A DNA stretch of 51,254 nt, counting the filler, from Jimgerdemannia flammicorona (Eukaryota), in assembly GCA_003990765.1 (NCBI GenBank). It is 2 parts of 2 records of this genome, joined end to end, with 100 filler letters (N's around TTAATTAATTAA, not from the genome) between each part and the next. Parts side by side here need not be neighbours in the genome. Positions count along the whole stretch, not along the records: positions 25,682 to 51,254 come from RBNJ01000819.1; 1 more part is not named here. One strand, 5' to 3'. Both the position numbers and the translations under genes were made by a program. The notes beneath the pieces were generated by a model. The model saw nothing but the letters and a program-made list of their open reading frames with translations. It was not told where the DNA came from and made no database searches. How positions within the stretch are numbered: the first letter of the stretch is position 1; every line of letters starts with the position of its first letter. Shown in pieces: positions 47,683 to 51,254 of the stretch.

Positions 47683-50600
47683 TGTTGTGAACTCAGGAGG
47701 AAATGAGAAGGAAGAATGGAAGAAAGAAGGATGTTTATTGATCACCCAATATTACGTGCTTTTACGCGATTATTGATGATATCACCCCAATGCCACTGTG
47801 CCACAAATTATATCTATATCGAGTGCTTATATCGAGTTGTAACCTGTAATCTCAACACTTCCGCTCAACGAGATAAAGAATGCAAATGAAACTGATCAAT
47901 CTCCAGCTAAGTTAAGCAGAAAACAAAACATTACTAATGGGATGCTATCTAGATGACTGAAAAAGGTCGAAATTCCCTGCTTATAATCATAAAAATAGGT
48001 AAGAAAAGTAGTGAAAAATGGAAATCCTGAGCAATGTTATAGGTTTCCATCCCAAATGTTTGCCGTAACACTCATTCTACCCATTGTTTCACCGTAATAC
48101 TTATTTTTACCTGTCATATGCTGTTATTTGCTCGTCGCTCGTTGTTATACCCATTCCTTGCACACAAAAATCAAACTTTGCCTTTGGAAGGGCCTTCGTT
48201 AGTGAATCTGCCACCATTTGCTCCATAGGGGTGTATAACAGGTGTATAGCCTCGTTTTCAACGCACTCTCGTATATAATGATGTTGTATATCGATATGCT
48301 TGGTCCTTGCATGATGTATAGGGTTCTTTGCCAAAGAAATGGTGGATTGGTTATCCTGTCGTATAGTCGTAGATTCTTGAGGGAATCCCAGATCCTTTAG
48401 CAGTTCACGAAGCCAGATGGCCTCCTTTGTCGCCATTGACAACACTTGATATTCCACTTGCGTAGACGACGTCGCCACTGATGATTGCTTATGAGTTTGC
48501 CACGAAATGGCTCCACCGTCATCGAGATAGAAGAAGTATCCTGTTGTAGACCTTCTGTCATCTAAGTCCCCAGCCCAATCAGCATCACATGCACTGGAAA
48601 GGCTTACTGTAACAGTACTCCTACTTAGTCTTTTAACTCCTTTATCACCCAAATTGAGCGTATAGCTCTTTGTACCTTTAATGTACCTGAATATGCACTT
48701 GATTGCTGTCCAATGCGAGTTGTCATCGCATGATGCGTATTGCGCCACCTTGTTAATTGCATGCGATAGGTTGGGTCTCATCCCGAGCATTAGATACATG
48801 AGGGATCCCACCGCTTGTCAATAGGGAATGTCGTTGTCGTCGGGTGTATCTGACTTCATTAGTCTCACAGACGTCTCCATCGGTGTTCCGACTGGCTTGC
48901 ACTCGCTCATGCCGAATCGCTCAAGTATTGTCTGAATGTAGGCTTCTTGGCTTAGGTGAATAGTACGCACGCTCCTGTCACATATGATGGATATCCCCAA
49001 AAGGAAAGACGCATCACCCATATCGGTCATCTTGAACTTCTTGCGTAATGCCGCCTTTACTTCATTGATCTCACTTGTCGTCCTGACCAGAATGATATCG
49101 TCGACCCAAATTCCCAGGTACACCGTTCCTGAGGATGTATGATGAGTATATATGCATGGGTCTGCTTGGCATCATTTGAACCCATTTTCTTCTATGATAT
49201 AATCATTGATCTTTCGATTCCATAGCCTTGCCGCCTGTTTTATACCATAGAGGCCTTTGCGTAGTCTGCATACTAACTCCTTCTCATTGTTGTAGAGTTC
49301 GTATTCTTGTGGTTGAAGAACATATAGTTCGGTATCCACGTCTCCATTTAGGAAGGCTGTCTTAACATCCTTTTGATGTATCTCGTAATCATACTTGGCT
49401 CTGATCACAAGAAGTATTCTAAGCGAAGTAAGCTTGAACACCAGGGAAAATGTCTTGTCGTAGTCAACTCCAAAGTCTTGTGAATACCCCTTTGCCATGA
49501 ATCGGGCCTTATATCATTCTATGCCGCTGTTGCTATCGCGCTTGATTTTATACACCCATCGGGATCCTATGGCTTGTTGATTTGCCGGAAGTGGTACCAA
49601 GTCCCATGTGTCGTTCTCGATGAGTGAGCCATACTCCTCATCCATAGCCTTTTTCCACTCCTTTTTATCATTCGAATAAATGGCTTTGTCGTAGTGTGCC
49701 GGCTCACTGGTCGTTGCTATGTAAGCGCATTCACAGGCGTAGTTCATATGATGTTGTTTGCGGTGAGATGACTTGAGTGAGTTCCAGTAATTTCCCAGAT
49801 CCGCTTGGACTTCGTTATCCATCCCAGATTTACGCTTTTTCTTACCCTTCAGAGAGATGTCCTCTTTGTTATCTGAAATCTCCGTAATTCTCGATTCAGG
49901 GGGTCTCGTAGGTGCTTGCACTGTTGATCTCGTAGGCATTGGTTGTGTCGCCATTGCCGGAATCGTTGGTGTAGTATTTGCACTCACCGTTGGCGTAATT
50001 CCACTCATCGTTGGATTGGTTACGGGTATAGAAATTTCCACGCAAATTTCCTTTGTTTTCTCTTTGAACTGAACGTCGCGAGAGATGATTATACTGCACT
50101 TTTGCGTATTCCACAGCCTATATGCTGATCTGTCGTATCCAAGGAATATATACTTATCCACCTTAGGTTCGAATTTTCCTCTATTTCTGCTCTTATCCAA
50201 TATGTAAGCCTCGCTTCCGAATGTCCGTAAGTGCGAGATGTCAGGCTTGGATCCACTCCACAGTTCTTCAGGTGTAAGGTTATCATCCTTAGACTGTATG
50301 TCACTCACTTTGCATAAGGCTCGAGAAATGCATCGATTATGTATATACACCGCTGTGTTCAATGCTTTGGCCCAGAAGGTTTGCGACAGGCCGGCTGCAT
50401 TCATCATTGTTTGGGCCATCTTGACAATTGTTCGATTGAACCATTCCACCATGCCATTTTGTTGCGGTGTATAGGGAGCCGTTCTAGTATGATATATTCC
50501 ATGCTCTTTTAAAAAATGTTTAAAGGACTTATTTACGTATTCTGTCCCGTTATCCGAGTGTAGCATCCCTTTCCGACATTTCGTATTGTTCTCCATGCTT

Positions 50601-51235
50601 GCCTTGAATTATTTGAATTTCTCGAATGCTTCGCTCTTTGCAGATAGGAAGTATATGTGGGCCTTATGAGTATAATTGTCTATGAAAGTAATGAAGTACT
50701 TCTTCCCGGAATGTGATGACGTATGCATGGAACTGCAGATGTCCATATGTATAAGGTCGAGTATACTGTTTGCTCGCTTCGTCCATTCCTGAAAAGATTT
50801 CTGAGTAGCCTTATTCGCCACACAGTCATCGCAAAAGAAGTTCGGAGATGCACAGCTCAGCAATCCTTTCACTGAGCTATTCCTCATCATCCATTCTAAG
50901 CTTGTCTGGCCAATGTGTCCTAATCATTCATGCCATATACGCCAGGTGTCGTTTGCCATTGCAGAATGTGCTGATGTACCATTCGGCATACCGTCGATTG
51001 CATAAAGATTTCCTCTTTTCGATGCATACATTAATTCCTTATTGTTCTTCAGATCAATTACCATTACTCCATTCAGGCGTATGTTTACTCCTTTGTCTCC
51101 TTGGGCCATCATTTGTCCTATCAAGAAGAGATTCTTGCCTATATCCGGAGCATATAGTACATCCGCAAAGGTGCCTGAGGGTTCTTTGACCTTTCCGTGC
51201 AGATGTATACCGATATTTCCTTTGCCCTGAGCGTA
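47683..51235 (-). mobile_element. Younger Ty1/Copia element 'H': pre-integrase, IN, RT, RNase H, PPT and 3' LTR (47857-47683, 175 bp)
   Basis: One continuous frame to 48107 with five in-frame stops; WHE*LGH, HMDIC, HSDNGTEY, PQQNG, DVKTAFLNG, WVDD, CDADWAGD, KHIDI. LTR TGTTG...CAACA; PPT TTGAGCGGAAG. Confidence 0.95.
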
Positions 51236-51254
51236 TTTTTTTTTTTTTTTTTTT
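51236..51254. repeat. Poly(T) tract interrupting Copia H at the window end
   Basis: 19 T to the end of the sequence; could be the tail of a reverse-oriented non-LTR insertion or a contig-end artefact. Confidence 0.6.

Overview
Eukaryotic, fungal-like genomic DNA made of two contigs joined by an artificial N-TTAATTAATTAA-N spacer (25582-25681). A CpG-retaining gene island (~1.4-13.5 kb) holds four spliced genes that I reconstructed exon by exon: a QDE-1-like RNA-dependent RNA polymerase (minus, 3 exons, 1255 aa), a class I SAM-dependent methyltransferase (minus, 8 exons, 340 aa), BiP/KAR2 (plus, 4 exons, 659 aa, RDEL end) and NF-YB/HAP3 (plus, 4 exons, 166 aa). NF-YB intron 2 is a U12-type AT-AC minor-spliceosome intron, which suggests an early-diverging fungus such as a Mucoromycota member (inference). 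The rest is a nested, C-to-T-eroded transposon cluster: two dUTPase-encoding Ty3/Gypsy lineages, a chromovirus, solo LTRs, an L1/Tx1-like LINE fragment, three Ty1/Copia copies and a hAT remnant. The most notable observations are (1) an uncharacterised accessory gene with its own TATA box carried inside long LTRs, with a distant relative 3' of pol in another element, (2) the AT-AC intron, (3) a conserved Pol III B-box module shared by two LTR elements, and (4) an age-graded CpG/CpA hypermutation confined to repeats. All calls come from reading the sequence by eye; no database searches were run.
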